DNA of 64,000 nt from Pseudobdellovibrionaceae bacterium (lineage in GTDB: Bacteria > Bdellovibrionota > Bdellovibrionia > Bdellovibrionales > Bdellovibrionaceae). The notes beneath the pieces are model-generated. The model ran no database searches, had not been told where the DNA came from, and saw only the letters and a program-made list of their open reading frames with translations. The stretch lies in the NCBI GenBank assembly GCA_044359815.1, contig JBIKLL010000001.1:64001-128000 (forward strand), in the 5' to 3' direction. The position numbers and the translations under genes are program-made. Positions 37,535 through 47,252 of this stretch are shown here, in pieces (position 1 is the first letter of the stretch; every line of letters begins with the position of its first letter).

Positions 37535-37599
37535 GCTTATTCTTCGGCAGCTTATTCGTCAGTCTATTCGTCAGTCTATTCTTCAGTCTATTCGTCGTC
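37535..37599 (-). repeat. 12-bp tandem repeat reiterating the pilR stop region
   Basis: Units of ACT GAC/GAA GAA TAG/TAA; in-frame stops at 37588, 37576, 37564, 37552, 37537. Confidence 0.85.
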
Positions 37600-38994
37600 G
37601 CCGTCGTTCTCGTCCATAGTGCCTAAGCCGTATTTTTCAACACGGTAACGCATAGATCTGAAAGTGATGTGCAAAAGCTTAGCTGCACGTTTTTTAATAC
37701 CATTGGTGTTGTGAATAGCCTTTACGATCAGCTCTTTTTCGATCTGACCTAGTATCTTATCCAAATCTATACCCTCTGAACCAATCTCGATTTCATGGGA
37801 ACTGGCTAGTTTTCGACCCGTTGGAGTGTTGACAAACGGGGGCAAACTTTCTGGTAAGATTGTTGCGCCGGCTTCCAGGGCTACGGTTCTTTCGATGATA
37901 TTTTCCAGTTCTCGGACGTTTCCTGGGTAATCATATTTTTTCAAAAGCTCCATGGCTTCAACCGAAATAGCATTTACAGTCTTTCCCAATCTGTCGTCAT
38001 ATTTTTTGAGAAAGTGATTCGCCAACAATGGGATGTCGTCTTTGCGTTCACGAAGAGCCGGAGTCCTGATATTAATAACATTCAATCGGTAAAACAAATC
38101 TTGCCTGAAAGTTCCTTCTTTAACCATAGACTCCAAATCACGATTTGTAGCAGCCATGATTCTGACGTCGACCTTAATGTCTTCGGTTGCACCCACACGT
38201 CGGATTGTTTTTTCTTGAATTGCTCGTAGTAATTTTACCTGAATTGTCACAGGCAGCTCGCCCACTTCATCTAAAAACAAAGTACCGCCATCGGCGACTT
38301 CAAATAAACCAACCTTATCTGCAATCGCACCTGTGAAAGAACCTTTTTTGTGACCAAACATTTCAGATTCCATCAATTGCTCAGGAATGGCTCCGCAGTT
38401 AATCGTCACAAATGGTTTATCTTTCAGTGGACCATTGTAATGAATGGCCTTGGCAACAACTTCTTTACCAGTTCCAGACTCACCCGTGATTAAAATATTA
38501 GTGGCAGTCATAGAAACACGACGAATCAGTTCATAAATTCTGTGCATAGTTTCAGAATTTCCTATCAAATTCTGAAACGAATATTCCTTGGTAAGTTCTT
38601 TTTTAAGAGTTCTATTTTCAACTTCTAACAATTTACTGCGTAATGCATTTTGAATATTGATGCGGACTTCATCGATTTTAAAAGGCTTAGTAATATAATC
38701 GTAAGCACCGGCCTTCATAGCTTCCACAGCAGATTCAGTCGTACCAAAAGCCGTGATCATCATAAAAACCATATCAGGGTAAGTGTCTTTAACAAATTTC
38801 AGGAGCTCAAGACCTGTCATATGAGGCATCTGCAAATCAGAAATAACCATATCAAAAGATTTCTGTGCAACGATTTCCTTGGCTTTCAATCCATGCTCAG
38901 CACAGGTGACCTCGTAGCCTTCTTTCTTTAGCATGATCTCCAGAAATTCGCGGATTGATTCTTCGTCATCAACTACCAAAATACGTGGTTTCAT
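37588..38994 (-). CDS. pilR: Sigma-54-dependent response regulator PilR
   Basis: REC domain, GESGTGKE, GSFTGA, HTH; downstream of pilC-pilS. Confidence 0.88.
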   Translation of the reverse strand: MKPRILVVDDEESIREFLEIMLKKEGYEVTCAEHGLKAKEIVAQKSFDMVISDLQMPHMTGLELLKFVKDTYPDMVFMMITAFGTTESAVEAMKAGAYDYITKPFKIDEVRINIQNALRSKLLEVENRTLKKELTKEYSFQNLIGNSETMHRIYELIRRVSMTATNILITGESGTGKEVVAKAIHYNGPLKDKPFVTINCGAIPEQLMESEMFGHKKGSFTGAIADKVGLFEVADGGTLFLDEVGELPVTIQVKLLRAIQEKTIRRVGATEDIKVDVRIMAATNRDLESMVKEGTFRQDLFYRLNVINIRTPALRERKDDIPLLANHFLKKYDDRLGKTVNAISVEAMELLKKYDYPGNVRELENIIERTVALEAGATILPESLPPFVNTPTGRKLASSHEIEIGSEGIDLDKILGQIEKELIVKAIHNTNGIKKRAAKLLHITFRSMRYRVEKYGLGTMDENDGDDE

Positions 38995-39046
38995 TAGCTG
39001 TGCTCTCCCATGATGAAATACCTAATATTATTTTGGATTTTTTGAA

Positions 39047-40621
39047 TTACATTTTCAAAGGAAAGCTGATTTTAAACTCAGTTCCTAGACCGACATGACT
39101 GGAAACTTGGATACCACCCTTATGAAGCTGGATGATTTTATGAGTGACGGCTAGACCTAAGCCAGTGCCTTTAGGTTTTGTAGTAAAGAACGGATCAAAT
39201 ACTTTGTCCAATATTTTTGCATCAATCCCTGAGCCCTTGTCTTTGATTTTAATTTCGACAGTGTCTTCAAATTTTTCCATCAAAACTGAGAGCTGTTTCA
39301 TTGGTAAAGACTCCATGGACTGCACACCATTGATCATGATATTTAAAAATGCCTGCTTCAGCTTATCTCGATCACCTAAAATAACAGCCTTAACTTTGTG
39401 AAATTCCAAACTGAGATTCTGACCGTACTGATTTTGCAGCGCCGTTTTAATTTCCTCTAACAAATCTTCCAGTTTTACAATATCTGCCGGTTCTTTCTCG
39501 GGCTTGGCGTAGTCTAAAAATTCGGTGATCAGTTTATTTAAGCGATCTATTTCTTTTAAAATAATTTTAGACAACTTTTGATCTTCAGCAGATTTAAAAT
39601 TCTGTGACAGTAACTCCACGCTGCCCGATATACTGGCCAGTGGATTTCTGATTTCATGAGCAATACCTGCTGCTAATTGCCCAATAGCCGCCAATTTTTC
39701 AGACTGCCTAACAGTGCGCTCCAGATTTTTAATTTCAGTCAAATCCTCTAAAGCTAAAAACTCCAGATCATCAGAAGGTTTGAAAAATGTCCCCCTAAGA
39801 ATCTTACCTTCGAACACAAAATCAGCCTTACCTTTAACCTTCAGCTCTTGAAACGGCAATGTCGGCAATATATTGCTGAGATCCTGTCCTTTGATGGCAT
39901 TTAAATTTGGAATATTTAAAAAAATATTTTGCAAATAGGGATTATAATTCAGAACTTCCAATCTCTGGTTCAGGGTCAATAGTCCCAGGGGTAAATGCTC
40001 AATCAAAATTTCATTAAGCCTTTTGATGACATTGAAGTTCAGGTTTTGAGCATCCAGTCTTTGCACAAAAAATGACAACTGATTGTGAACCTGGCCAGAA
40101 AACACAGCAATCACAAAAAACGTACTGACGCTTAAAATGTTTAAAAACAAAGTGGTGGAAGTCCTGGGGTCAGGCAACAAAGCATACTGCCAAGAAAAGC
40201 AAACAGAAATAATGCTGGCCGTGATCAAAGCTGGCTTCCTGCCAAACACCAGGCCCACGCAAAGAATATTGATAATAAATAATAATAAAAACAAACTTTG
40301 ATTCAGCTGCACTGTAAAAAACAATAGCAGCAGCAAAAAGCTGTCATTAGCAAAGGTCAGTAGCAGCAGGTTTTTGTTTTTAAAAACTGTGTCCGAGGTC
40401 AAAAACACAATCAGATTGGCCAACAAACCGATAGAGGCCAAAATATAAACATTCCTAGACAGGTCCCAATGAATAAAATCATCATTGATTACATAATTTA
40501 AAATCGTGAACAGAATTAAAAATAAAAACGTTAAAATTCTGACTGTCTGAATAAAAAACTGATCAGATGATTTACTGACCAACAGTGATGGAAAATTTCT
40601 AACACGGGCTGTGGTTGTCAA
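39047..40621 (-). CDS. pilS: Sensor histidine kinase PilS
   Basis: About 6 N-terminal TMs, PAS-like region, HEIRNPL, FFTTK, GTGLGL; synteny. Confidence 0.85.
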   Translation of the reverse strand: MTTTARVRNFPSLLVSKSSDQFFIQTVRILTFLFLILFTILNYVINDDFIHWDLSRNVYILASIGLLANLIVFLTSDTVFKNKNLLLLTFANDSFLLLLLFFTVQLNQSLFLLLFIINILCVGLVFGRKPALITASIISVCFSWQYALLPDPRTSTTLFLNILSVSTFFVIAVFSGQVHNQLSFFVQRLDAQNLNFNVIKRLNEILIEHLPLGLLTLNQRLEVLNYNPYLQNIFLNIPNLNAIKGQDLSNILPTLPFQELKVKGKADFVFEGKILRGTFFKPSDDLEFLALEDLTEIKNLERTVRQSEKLAAIGQLAAGIAHEIRNPLASISGSVELLSQNFKSAEDQKLSKIILKEIDRLNKLITEFLDYAKPEKEPADIVKLEDLLEEIKTALQNQYGQNLSLEFHKVKAVILGDRDKLKQAFLNIMINGVQSMESLPMKQLSVLMEKFEDTVEIKIKDKGSGIDAKILDKVFDPFFTTKPKGTGLGLAVTHKIIQLHKGGIQVSSHVGLGTEFKISFPLKM

Positions 40622-40639
40622 ATGTAGTCATCCCTTTTG

Positions 40640-41857
40640 TTATAACCCCGAAACGTTCGACATATTAAATATTGGCAGATACATAGCAACCATTAAAAAT
40701 GCCACGACACCACCCAATACAATCATCAGCAACGGCTCAATCATTGAAGTCAATGCTCGGACTGCGACCTCGACGTCCTCTTCGTAAAAATCGGCAATTT
40801 TTGCCAGCATCACATCCAGCGTTCCTGATTGTTCGCCGATAGCCACCATTTGGGTGACCATATCAGGAATGATCTTTTCACGAATCAATGGGGACGCTAG
40901 TGGCTTACCTACGATCACGGCCTCTTTGCAGCGAATTAAAGCTTCTTCAACAACAATATTGCCTGCGGTTTTTGAAGCAATCTCAATAGCCTCGATCAAA
41001 CCCACCCCTGATGACAACAAAGTAGATAAGGTTCTGGTCATTCGCGCCATTGCAGATTTCAGCAGCAGATCACCTAAAAAGGGAACTCTGACTAAGTTTC
41101 TGTCCATAAAGTTTTTGCCATCATTAGTGCTGTACCAAGTGAAAAACAAATAGGGACCACCCACCATGACCACAACGACGATGTACCATTTTTGCAGCAA
41201 GAAATTAGAGGTCCCGACCACATACTGAGTCAATGCAGGAAGCTCCTTACCCATGCCTTTGTAGAATTCTTGAAACTGCGGAATGATAAAAAACAAAATA
41301 CCTAATACAACTAAGGATGCTACTGCGATGATCAAACCTGGATAAACTAATGCTCCTACGATTTGTTTTTTTAGCTTTTCTGTTTTTTCTAGGTAAGTTG
41401 CCAATCGGTTTAAAATATTATCTAAAATCCCGGCCTCTTGCCCAGCCTTAATCATGTTGACATAAAATCGATCAAACAATTCTGGAACCTGAGCCATGGA
41501 TTCAGCTAAGCCCCGACCACCCTCAATGGATTGTTTCACTCTGGCTGTGCCCGTTTTGATAATGGGATGCTTCCTACCATCACCCAAGATCTTTAATGCA
41601 TCTACTACAGGAATGCCTGCATTGATCAAAGTTGAAAACTGCCGGGTAAAAATCTGTAAGTCTTTGCTGGAAACGGTTTTGTTAAACAATGAAAACTTGG
41701 ATCCAATGCCGTCACCGCCAGCGGCTTTCACGACTCTGATGGGTACCAGATTTTTGCTGCGAATTCTGGCTTTTGCATCAGTCTCATCAGAAGCCTCAAC
41801 ACTACCTTGAATCGAGTTACCGCCAGAATCCTTTGACAGATAAAAATATTTTGCCAT
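40640..41857 (-). CDS. pilC: Type IV pilus platform protein PilC
   Basis: FTRQFSTL, AGQEAG, ALVYP, IGEQSGTLD, YLPIF. ATG overlaps the pilB TGA. Confidence 0.95.
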   Translation of the reverse strand: MAKYFYLSKDSGGNSIQGSVEASDETDAKARIRSKNLVPIRVVKAAGGDGIGSKFSLFNKTVSSKDLQIFTRQFSTLINAGIPVVDALKILGDGRKHPIIKTGTARVKQSIEGGRGLAESMAQVPELFDRFYVNMIKAGQEAGILDNILNRLATYLEKTEKLKKQIVGALVYPGLIIAVASLVVLGILFFIIPQFQEFYKGMGKELPALTQYVVGTSNFLLQKWYIVVVVMVGGPYLFFTWYSTNDGKNFMDRNLVRVPFLGDLLLKSAMARMTRTLSTLLSSGVGLIEAIEIASKTAGNIVVEEALIRCKEAVIVGKPLASPLIREKIIPDMVTQMVAIGEQSGTLDVMLAKIADFYEEDVEVAVRALTSMIEPLLMIVLGGVVAFLMVAMYLPIFNMSNVSGL

Positions 41858-43554
41858 CAAGTATCCCTCACCGATGCATTCAGAACTTCTTCAATAGTGG
41901 TTTCGCCCCGTTTCAGTTTCAACAAGGCACTCCGTCTGAGTGTTCGCATACCCTCTTGCCTAGCCAGATTCCTGAGCGTAGAAGCCGAAGCACCTTCCAA
42001 AATAGCATCGCGAATTTTCTCCGACATCAGCATCAATTCAAAAATCGCAATACGGCCCTTAATGCCTGTTCCATTGCAAGTGGGACAGCCTTTACCCTTA
42101 AACAATCTGTATTGGGAAACCTCATTGGGATCCACACCCAGTTGAATCAAAGTTTTTTCTTCAACCGAAATTGGGGCCTTACAGCGTTCACAGATTTTAC
42201 CCACCAGCCTTTGCGCCACAATCAAACTGACCGTCGAAGTCACAATATAAGGGGCCACACCCATTTCGGTTAACCGAGTCACCGTCTGCGGAGCATCGTT
42301 GGTGTGCAAAGTGCTGACCACCAAATGACCAGTGCTGGCGGCCTTCATGGCAATCTCAGCAGTTTCCAAATCCCGGATCTCGCCCACCATAATCACGTCT
42401 GGATCTTGACGCAAAAAACTTCTGAGTGAGTTTGCAAAGGTCACTCCGATTTCTGAATTCATCTGAACTTGATTGATGCCTTCCAAATTAAATTCAACAG
42501 GGTCTTCAGCCGTAGAAATATTAATGTCAGTTTGGTTCAGTTCTGCCAATGCGGAATAAATTGTCGTGGTCTTACCAGATCCCGTTGGTCCCGAAATCAG
42601 CAGCAATCCCTGAGGCATTTGGATTGCTGACTTGAAAATCAACAAGTCCTCGGGTTCAAATCCTAGCTTTGTCATATCCAACTGTAAGTTTGCTTTATCC
42701 AAAAGCCTCAATACGACTTTTTCACCCCAAATAGTTGGCAACACACTGACCCTGAAATCCATCTCAGATTTTCCGCTTCGGATTTTAATCCTGCCATCCT
42801 GGGGCCTGCGCTTTTCAGCGATGTCTAGCTTTGCCATAATCTTTAAGCGACTAGCAATGGCAGCGGCCAAGCTGGTCGATTGAGTGGCTGCCACAATCAT
42901 AATGCCATCGATGCGAAGTCTTACCCGAAACTTTTTCTCGTAGGGTTCAAAATGAATGTCTGAGGCTTTTTTTGAAATCGCTTCATGTAAAATGGCGTTC
43001 ACAAACTTGACCACAGGAACGTCTTCAGTTTTTACATCAGTCAGATTAATTAAATCTGGATTCTCAGTGGTGTTGATTTCATCCTGCGAATGCTGCTCAA
43101 CTTCGGTTGAAATGCTGCTCACGCTGGTATTGTAGGACCTGCTGATGGCAGACAAAATAGCAGAATCCAAAGCGACAACGGGTTGGATTTTACATCGAGT
43201 TAAAAATCTCAGATCATCGCGCACAGCCAGATTGCTGGGGTCATTAAACGCAACTACCAAGGTCCCCTCGCCGACTTTTTGAACTGGAATCAGCACGTTT
43301 TTTTCAGCAACATCTTTTGAAACAAGCTTAAGGGCTTCTGGTTGAATCGTAAAATGATTCAAATCAATGCTTGGAATTTGATAAATATGTTCCAGAACTT
43401 TTAAGATCTGACTTTCTTTCAGAAATCCCAGAGTCACAATGGATTGTGACAAAGTCGCACCACTGCGACGCTGTTCTTCAATCGCTTTGGACATCTGATC
43501 AGGCTTGATATGTCCTTGTCTTACCAATAATTCCGCTAACTTTGCTGCTGCCAA
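41857..43554 (-). CDS. pilB: Type IV pilus assembly ATPase PilB
   Basis: GPTGSGKTT, EDPVE, LRQDPD, STLHTND, tetra-Cys motif. Confidence 0.95.
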   Translation of the reverse strand: MAAAKLAELLVRQGHIKPDQMSKAIEEQRRSGATLSQSIVTLGFLKESQILKVLEHIYQIPSIDLNHFTIQPEALKLVSKDVAEKNVLIPVQKVGEGTLVVAFNDPSNLAVRDDLRFLTRCKIQPVVALDSAILSAISRSYNTSVSSISTEVEQHSQDEINTTENPDLINLTDVKTEDVPVVKFVNAILHEAISKKASDIHFEPYEKKFRVRLRIDGIMIVAATQSTSLAAAIASRLKIMAKLDIAEKRRPQDGRIKIRSGKSEMDFRVSVLPTIWGEKVVLRLLDKANLQLDMTKLGFEPEDLLIFKSAIQMPQGLLLISGPTGSGKTTTIYSALAELNQTDINISTAEDPVEFNLEGINQVQMNSEIGVTFANSLRSFLRQDPDVIMVGEIRDLETAEIAMKAASTGHLVVSTLHTNDAPQTVTRLTEMGVAPYIVTSTVSLIVAQRLVGKICERCKAPISVEEKTLIQLGVDPNEVSQYRLFKGKGCPTCNGTGIKGRIAIFELMLMSEKIRDAILEGASASTLRNLARQEGMRTLRRSALLKLKRGETTIEEVLNASVRDT

Positions 43555-43601
43555 ATCGCTTCCTTTTTTAGCTTATATTGTACGCCTTGGTACAAAAAAC
43601 T

Positions 43602-44417
43602 TTAACTGGACGATTGGCTATTTAAAAACGAATTCCACTGGGTCAGGTACTCATCCCAACTGAGGTTGGGTAAGGAGCTAAAATTTTGCAGTATCAAAAA
43701 ATCTGTTCTGGCCTGAATGTCCGAAGCCGTGACAATTTTATGTCCCACAGCCTCGCCTTCCGTCGTAAGTTTCTTTGATTCAAAGGTTTTCTGAGCATCT
43801 ACCACAGCTGAACCTGTCGCTAAAAAGTTGAAAAAACAAATTTCGTTAAAGGTCTCTGAATCATCAGTTTCACTGACACAATTGACCAGCAATGACCCAT
43901 CACTGGCTTGAGTCAGCAAGGCTTTGGGATCTAATTGAATGATCTCAACACCAAAAGTTCTTTGAGTTAATTTATCCAACAATTCCGTACAATCATCACT
44001 CATTGTGGTTTTAATTTTTCGAAATCCCATCTTGATCAATGTAATAACCGTGTTAATAGCTCGCAGATTGCTGCCAGTGACATAGGCATAGTGATGGGTT
44101 CTGAGCTCAGGCAATCGCTGAATCAACAAATCCTTCAAAGCTGTAGCAAAAGCATTGCGGGCCCACCAATGAAAATTCTGTTGTACGACATGGTCTGCGC
44201 TTCCGAGCTCGCGAACTTCTAAGGGGATTTCAGACAGTGATTTCATAATTTCTGCATTGCGATCCTCGCCCAACAAAACCAACTGAAAATGATCGTGCTT
44301 GCCCCACCAAAATTTCAGATTCATATCAGTTTGCACCAGCTGCAATTTAACATTGAGTTTTTGTATCCAAAAAGCTTCCAGGTATTGATTTTGGTTTTGC
44401 AGATTTAAAACTTTCAT
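43602..44417 (-). CDS. Degenerate shikimate-dehydrogenase (AroE)-like protein
   Basis: C-terminal Rossmann-like pattern (YVTG...MGF, LLVNC, VVD, GHKIV); occupies the aroE position between ribF and pilB; canonical motifs absent. Confidence 0.55.
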   Translation of the reverse strand: MKVLNLQNQNQYLEAFWIQKLNVKLQLVQTDMNLKFWWGKHDHFQLVLLGEDRNAEIMKSLSEIPLEVRELGSADHVVQQNFHWWARNAFATALKDLLIQRLPELRTHHYAYVTGSNLRAINTVITLIKMGFRKIKTTMSDDCTELLDKLTQRTFGVEIIQLDPKALLTQASDGSLLVNCVSETDDSETFNEICFFNFLATGSAVVDAQKTFESKKLTTEGEAVGHKIVTASDIQARTDFLILQNFSSLPNLSWDEYLTQWNSFLNSQSSS

Positions 44418-45370
44418 AGTTTAAAATAACCTCTTGCCATTTGGACATCCTTTTCAATCTGCTTGATCAGCTGATCCACTGATGAAAACTTCATTTCTTT
44501 TCTGACGTTGTGGTGAAAATCAATCTGAAGTTCTTGACCATAAAGATCTCCCTTAAAATCCAAAATATGAGTTTCAAGTTTTCTGAATGTTCGGTCAAAA
44601 GTGGGTGCAGTGCCTATGTTGGTGATGGACAAGAAATCTTGCTCTGCCGTTTGAGTTTTGGTCACATACACTCCGTTTTCAATCAACTCAGAATCCGAAA
44701 TTTCCATATTAACTGTAGGAAACCCAATCTGAGCGCCGCGCGAGTCCCCCCTTTGCACAGGGCCCCTGACAAAATACGGAAACCCCAACATAGCCCTAAC
44801 CTGCTCCATATCGCCGGCTTGCAAACAATCCCTAATCCTTGATGAAGATATGGGTCCATCATGAAAAAGCACCGCTGACTGAATCTCAAACTTCATTTTT
44901 AATTCTCGAGTTTTATTGGCCAGCCAGGCAATGGTCCCCTGCCGGTTTTTGCCAAAAGCAAAATCATGGCCCACACACAAAAAACTGGGTTTAAACAACT
45001 GCCAAACATACTGATCAAAAAACTGCTCAGCACTGAGCTGACTGAGCTCTTTGGTAAACTGGATTCTGACCACAATGTCCACTCCGAATCGATTTAATAA
45101 AAAATCCTGCTCTTGCTGCCTAAAAATCTGTTTCTTGACTGAATCTGGCTTAAGTACTTCTGAAGGATGAGGGTGAAAGCTAACCAGCACCGAACACCCA
45201 CTGTGTCCTTTTGCCCAATTGGTTGATTTTTTGATAAGCGCTTGGTGCCCTAAATGGACTCCATCAAAGTTTCCCAATGTCAGGGAGACCTTTTTACCGT
45301 TAATCAGCTCACTAAAATCCTGAGCTATTTTCAAATTGGGTTGTTCAGTTAAATGAATAGCTTTCATCAT
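44414..45370 (-). CDS. ribF: Bifunctional riboflavin kinase/FAD synthetase
   Basis: GNFDGVHLGH, VGHDFAFG, ISSSRIR, GFPTVN, ETH. Confidence 0.96.
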   Translation of the reverse strand: MMKAIHLTEQPNLKIAQDFSELINGKKVSLTLGNFDGVHLGHQALIKKSTNWAKGHSGCSVLVSFHPHPSEVLKPDSVKKQIFRQQEQDFLLNRFGVDIVVRIQFTKELSQLSAEQFFDQYVWQLFKPSFLCVGHDFAFGKNRQGTIAWLANKTRELKMKFEIQSAVLFHDGPISSSRIRDCLQAGDMEQVRAMLGFPYFVRGPVQRGDSRGAQIGFPTVNMEISDSELIENGVYVTKTQTAEQDFLSITNIGTAPTFDRTFRKLETHILDFKGDLYGQELQIDFHHNVRKEMKFSSVDQLIKQIEKDVQMARGYFKL

Positions 45371-45413
45371 TTGATTCCTTTTGCTATGATGACTAAATAC
45401 TGGAAATCTTTCA

Positions 45414-47213
45414 ATGAATTTTATTTTTAAGCAGATTCAAACAAGGCTGATGTGGGTTTTTGGCTTCTTTCAAAGAAGGCAAAAGATTCTAGTCAGAGCT
45501 TTGTTATGTTGGGTCATTGCCTGTGCCTCGCTGCTGAATGACGAAATGAGTTCTTTTGACCAAAGGTTTCAGATCAGGGGAACTCAGAATTTTTCAGAGC
45601 AGATAGCAATCGTGACTGTGGCATTGAGTGAAATTGATCCCAAAAATAATCTGAACTCTTTGCAAATTGAAGTCTCTGAAAGAAAGTACTGGAACAAAGA
45701 AATTTGGTTTAAAGTGCTCTCACACATACTGGCTATGGAACCCAAAGGCATAGGAATATTATTTCAGTTTGCAGATCTGAATGAATCTCAAAGACTGACC
45801 AAGGCTGAAAGAGAAGTCTTTCAAAACCCCAAGGTCATTTGGGCAACGGAACTGAACATTATCGACAGAAAAAATTTCGTTGAGTTGGAGCAGAATCCTT
45901 TCAGATTTTTGGGACATATCGAATTCAAACATGATGAAGACGGTATTATCCGCAGATTTGCATCGACTTCCTCTGAGCATTTGCATATCGCTGAAAGACT
46001 CAGCGGACAGGTCTTTATACCCAACCGTTCTAGTTTTATTAATTTCAGAGGCCCTTTTAAAGGGGTGCAGTTAACAGCTTCACAAATTATGACAGATCAG
46101 GCATCGACCATGCCCTTAAAAGGCAAATATGTTTTGATTGGGGCACCTAATTTTGGATCAAACAGATATCTGACACCCATGGGCCCCAGTAACAAATTAG
46201 AAATTGTCGCCAATGTTTTAGATAATTTTTTAGAGCACCGATGGATCAAACGAGCCTCAAACATTTTTTATTACATAGGATTGTTGATTCTGTCGTTTTT
46301 AGCTTTGTTTATCGTCACTCAGTATCCACAGTCAGTGGCAGGTTTTTTGATGGTTTGGCTGGCCACTTTGATCGTAGCACTTTCGATTTGGATTTTTGAT
46401 TCGTTTTATTTATGGTTACCAATTCTATCCCCATTAATTTTACTGTTCACCAGCTGGATTGTTTTAACTGGGTATCAAGCCAATAAAATCGAACGCCAAA
46501 ACTGGCAGCTGCAACAGGAACAAGACTATTTGCAAAAGCTGGAACAACTGAAGACCAACTTTATATCATTGATAAGTCATGATTTAAAAACACCTATTGC
46601 CAAAATCCAAGCGGTTGTTGCCAGATTGTTGTTAGAAAAGGAAAAATCAGCTTCTGAAAAAGAACTTTTAAATCTGAAGTCTTACGGCGAAGAACTGCAT
46701 AGATACATTGAATCTATATTGAAACTACTACGAGCCGAGGCAAAAGATTTCAAAATCAGTAAAGACATTTGTGATTTTAATGAGATGATTGAAAGGGTCG
46801 TAGAACAACTCAGGCCTCTGGCAATCGAGAAAAAACAGACCCTAAATCTTAATTTAGAACCACTGTTTACCATCGAATTAGATTCAGTATTAATCAGCGA
46901 AGTGATTCTGAATCTGGTAGAAAACGCTATAAAGTACACTCCTGAAGGGGGCATGATATCTGTTTCTAGCTATGAAAAAGAAGATAAAGTCTATTTTGAA
47001 GTTCAGGACAACGGCGAGGGCATTCCGCCAGAGGAAGTCGAAAACATGTTTAATAAGTTTGTGCGGGGAAAATCACAGGACCTTAAAACAAAGGGCAGCG
47101 GCCTGGGGCTGTATTTAGTTAAGTATTTTATAGAACTTCATGAGGGAAGGGTGTATTTAGAAAGCCAATTGGGACAGGGTACAAAATTAACTTTTTACAT
47201 CCCGTTAAAGTGA
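45414..47213 (+). CDS. CHASE2-domain sensor histidine kinase
   Basis: CHASE2 motifs (DEDGIIRR, INFRGP, GKYVLIG, YLTP), 3 TMs, SHDLKTP, NAIKYT, GSGLGL. Confidence 0.9.
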   Translation: MNFIFKQIQTRLMWVFGFFQRRQKILVRALLCWVIACASLLNDEMSSFDQRFQIRGTQNFSEQIAIVTVALSEIDPKNNLNSLQIEVSERKYWNKEIWFKVLSHILAMEPKGIGILFQFADLNESQRLTKAEREVFQNPKVIWATELNIIDRKNFVELEQNPFRFLGHIEFKHDEDGIIRRFASTSSEHLHIAERLSGQVFIPNRSSFINFRGPFKGVQLTASQIMTDQASTMPLKGKYVLIGAPNFGSNRYLTPMGPSNKLEIVANVLDNFLEHRWIKRASNIFYYIGLLILSFLALFIVTQYPQSVAGFLMVWLATLIVALSIWIFDSFYLWLPILSPLILLFTSWIVLTGYQANKIERQNWQLQQEQDYLQKLEQLKTNFISLISHDLKTPIAKIQAVVARLLLEKEKSASEKELLNLKSYGEELHRYIESILKLLRAEAKDFKISKDICDFNEMIERVVEQLRPLAIEKKQTLNLNLEPLFTIELDSVLISEVILNLVENAIKYTPEGGMISVSSYEKEDKVYFEVQDNGEGIPPEEVENMFNKFVRGKSQDLKTKGSGLGLYLVKYFIELHEGRVYLESQLGQGTKLTFYIPLK

Positions 47214-47252
47214 TACCTGGTTTTTGCTAAGAATTATTTGAGAAGGTGTTAA

